Source: a virus
Length of the DNA: 64,000 bases
Strand: one strand, 5' to 3'
Virus record (IMG/VR): IMGVR_UViG_3300045988_091674
Positions 63,980 to 64,000 of the stretch are shown piece after piece. The position numbers and the translations under genes were made by a program. Position 1 is the stretch's first letter; each line of letters begins with the position of its first letter. The notes under the pieces were generated by a model that saw only the letters and a list, made by a program, of their open reading frames with translations, did not search any database and had not been told where the DNA came from.

Positions 63980-64000
63980 TTAGCGAACAGTAAGTCATAT

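Noticed and set aside
1-64000. TGA-to-Trp or TAA recoding in addition to TAG
   Set aside because: TAG-containing genes terminate cleanly at TGA (24339-41) or TAA. No tRNA with UCA or UUA anticodon was found. Reading through TGA or TAA does not extend any recognisable domain.
1-64000. CRISPR array, rRNA genes, integrase or transposase
   Set aside because: The only short repeats are the promoter cassettes and tRNA-related sequences. No repeat-spacer periodicity and no integrase or transposase motifs were seen.

Overview
This window looks like a 64-kb piece of a large, low-GC virulent phage genome. My estimate is about 35% GC overall, with GC-richer tRNA genes. Almost everything is on the minus strand; only the last ~400 nt begin a divergent plus-strand unit. 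Everything below is read by eye from the sequence, so tRNA calls should be re-run with tRNAscan-SE.

The main point is that many real genes are missing from the supplied six-frame ORF track because they contain in-frame TAG codons. Read with TAG as sense, they give long, clean ORFs with recognisable domains that end in TAA or TGA. These include a flavin-dependent thymidylate synthase (ThyX), a uracil-DNA glycosylase (Ung), an RNA ligase, a three-domain endolysin, tail fibers and several homing endonucleases. In repeated paralog motifs the TAG codon lines up with Gln: DLTGQKFG in three copies against DLTG-TAG-RFG in two. I therefore call TAG-to-Gln recoding (genetic code 15).

A tRNA with anticodon CUA sits in a roughly 30-gene tRNA island at about 35.2-52.9 kb. 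Its anticodon loop and T-arm closely resemble the window's own tRNA-Trp, so it looks like a Trp-derived amber suppressor. Replication and other early-type genes contain no TAG at all: topoisomerase II A and B, RNase H, a PhoH-like ATPase, ligases, polynucleotide kinase and a NAD-salvage block.

Other modules:
- A NAD+ salvage and regeneration cluster: NadE, a NAMPT-like gene, ribose-phosphate pyrophosphokinase and PncA.
- A tRNA-repair set: a T4 Pnk-like kinase, a metallophosphatase, an Rnl2-like ligase, a Thg1-like enzyme, and a tRNA-His with an encoded G-1.
- A tRNA-Asp split by a 478-nt ORF-containing intron.
- Several homing endonucleases of the HNH, GIY-YIG and LAGLIDADG types, plus three paralogs of a zinc-ribbon endonuclease.
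- A lysis cassette whose endolysin carries an SLH domain, which points to a Gram-positive host with an S-layer.
- Tail-fiber paralogs, one of them frameshifted.
- A DUF2828-like vWA protein.
- A sigma70-type promoter, 5'UTR and RBS cassette reiterated more than 13 times.
- Several atypical tRNAs: three with Leu or Ser anticodons on short-variable-arm bodies, one Ser-like tRNA with anticodon AGA, and a 120-nt tRNA-like gene.
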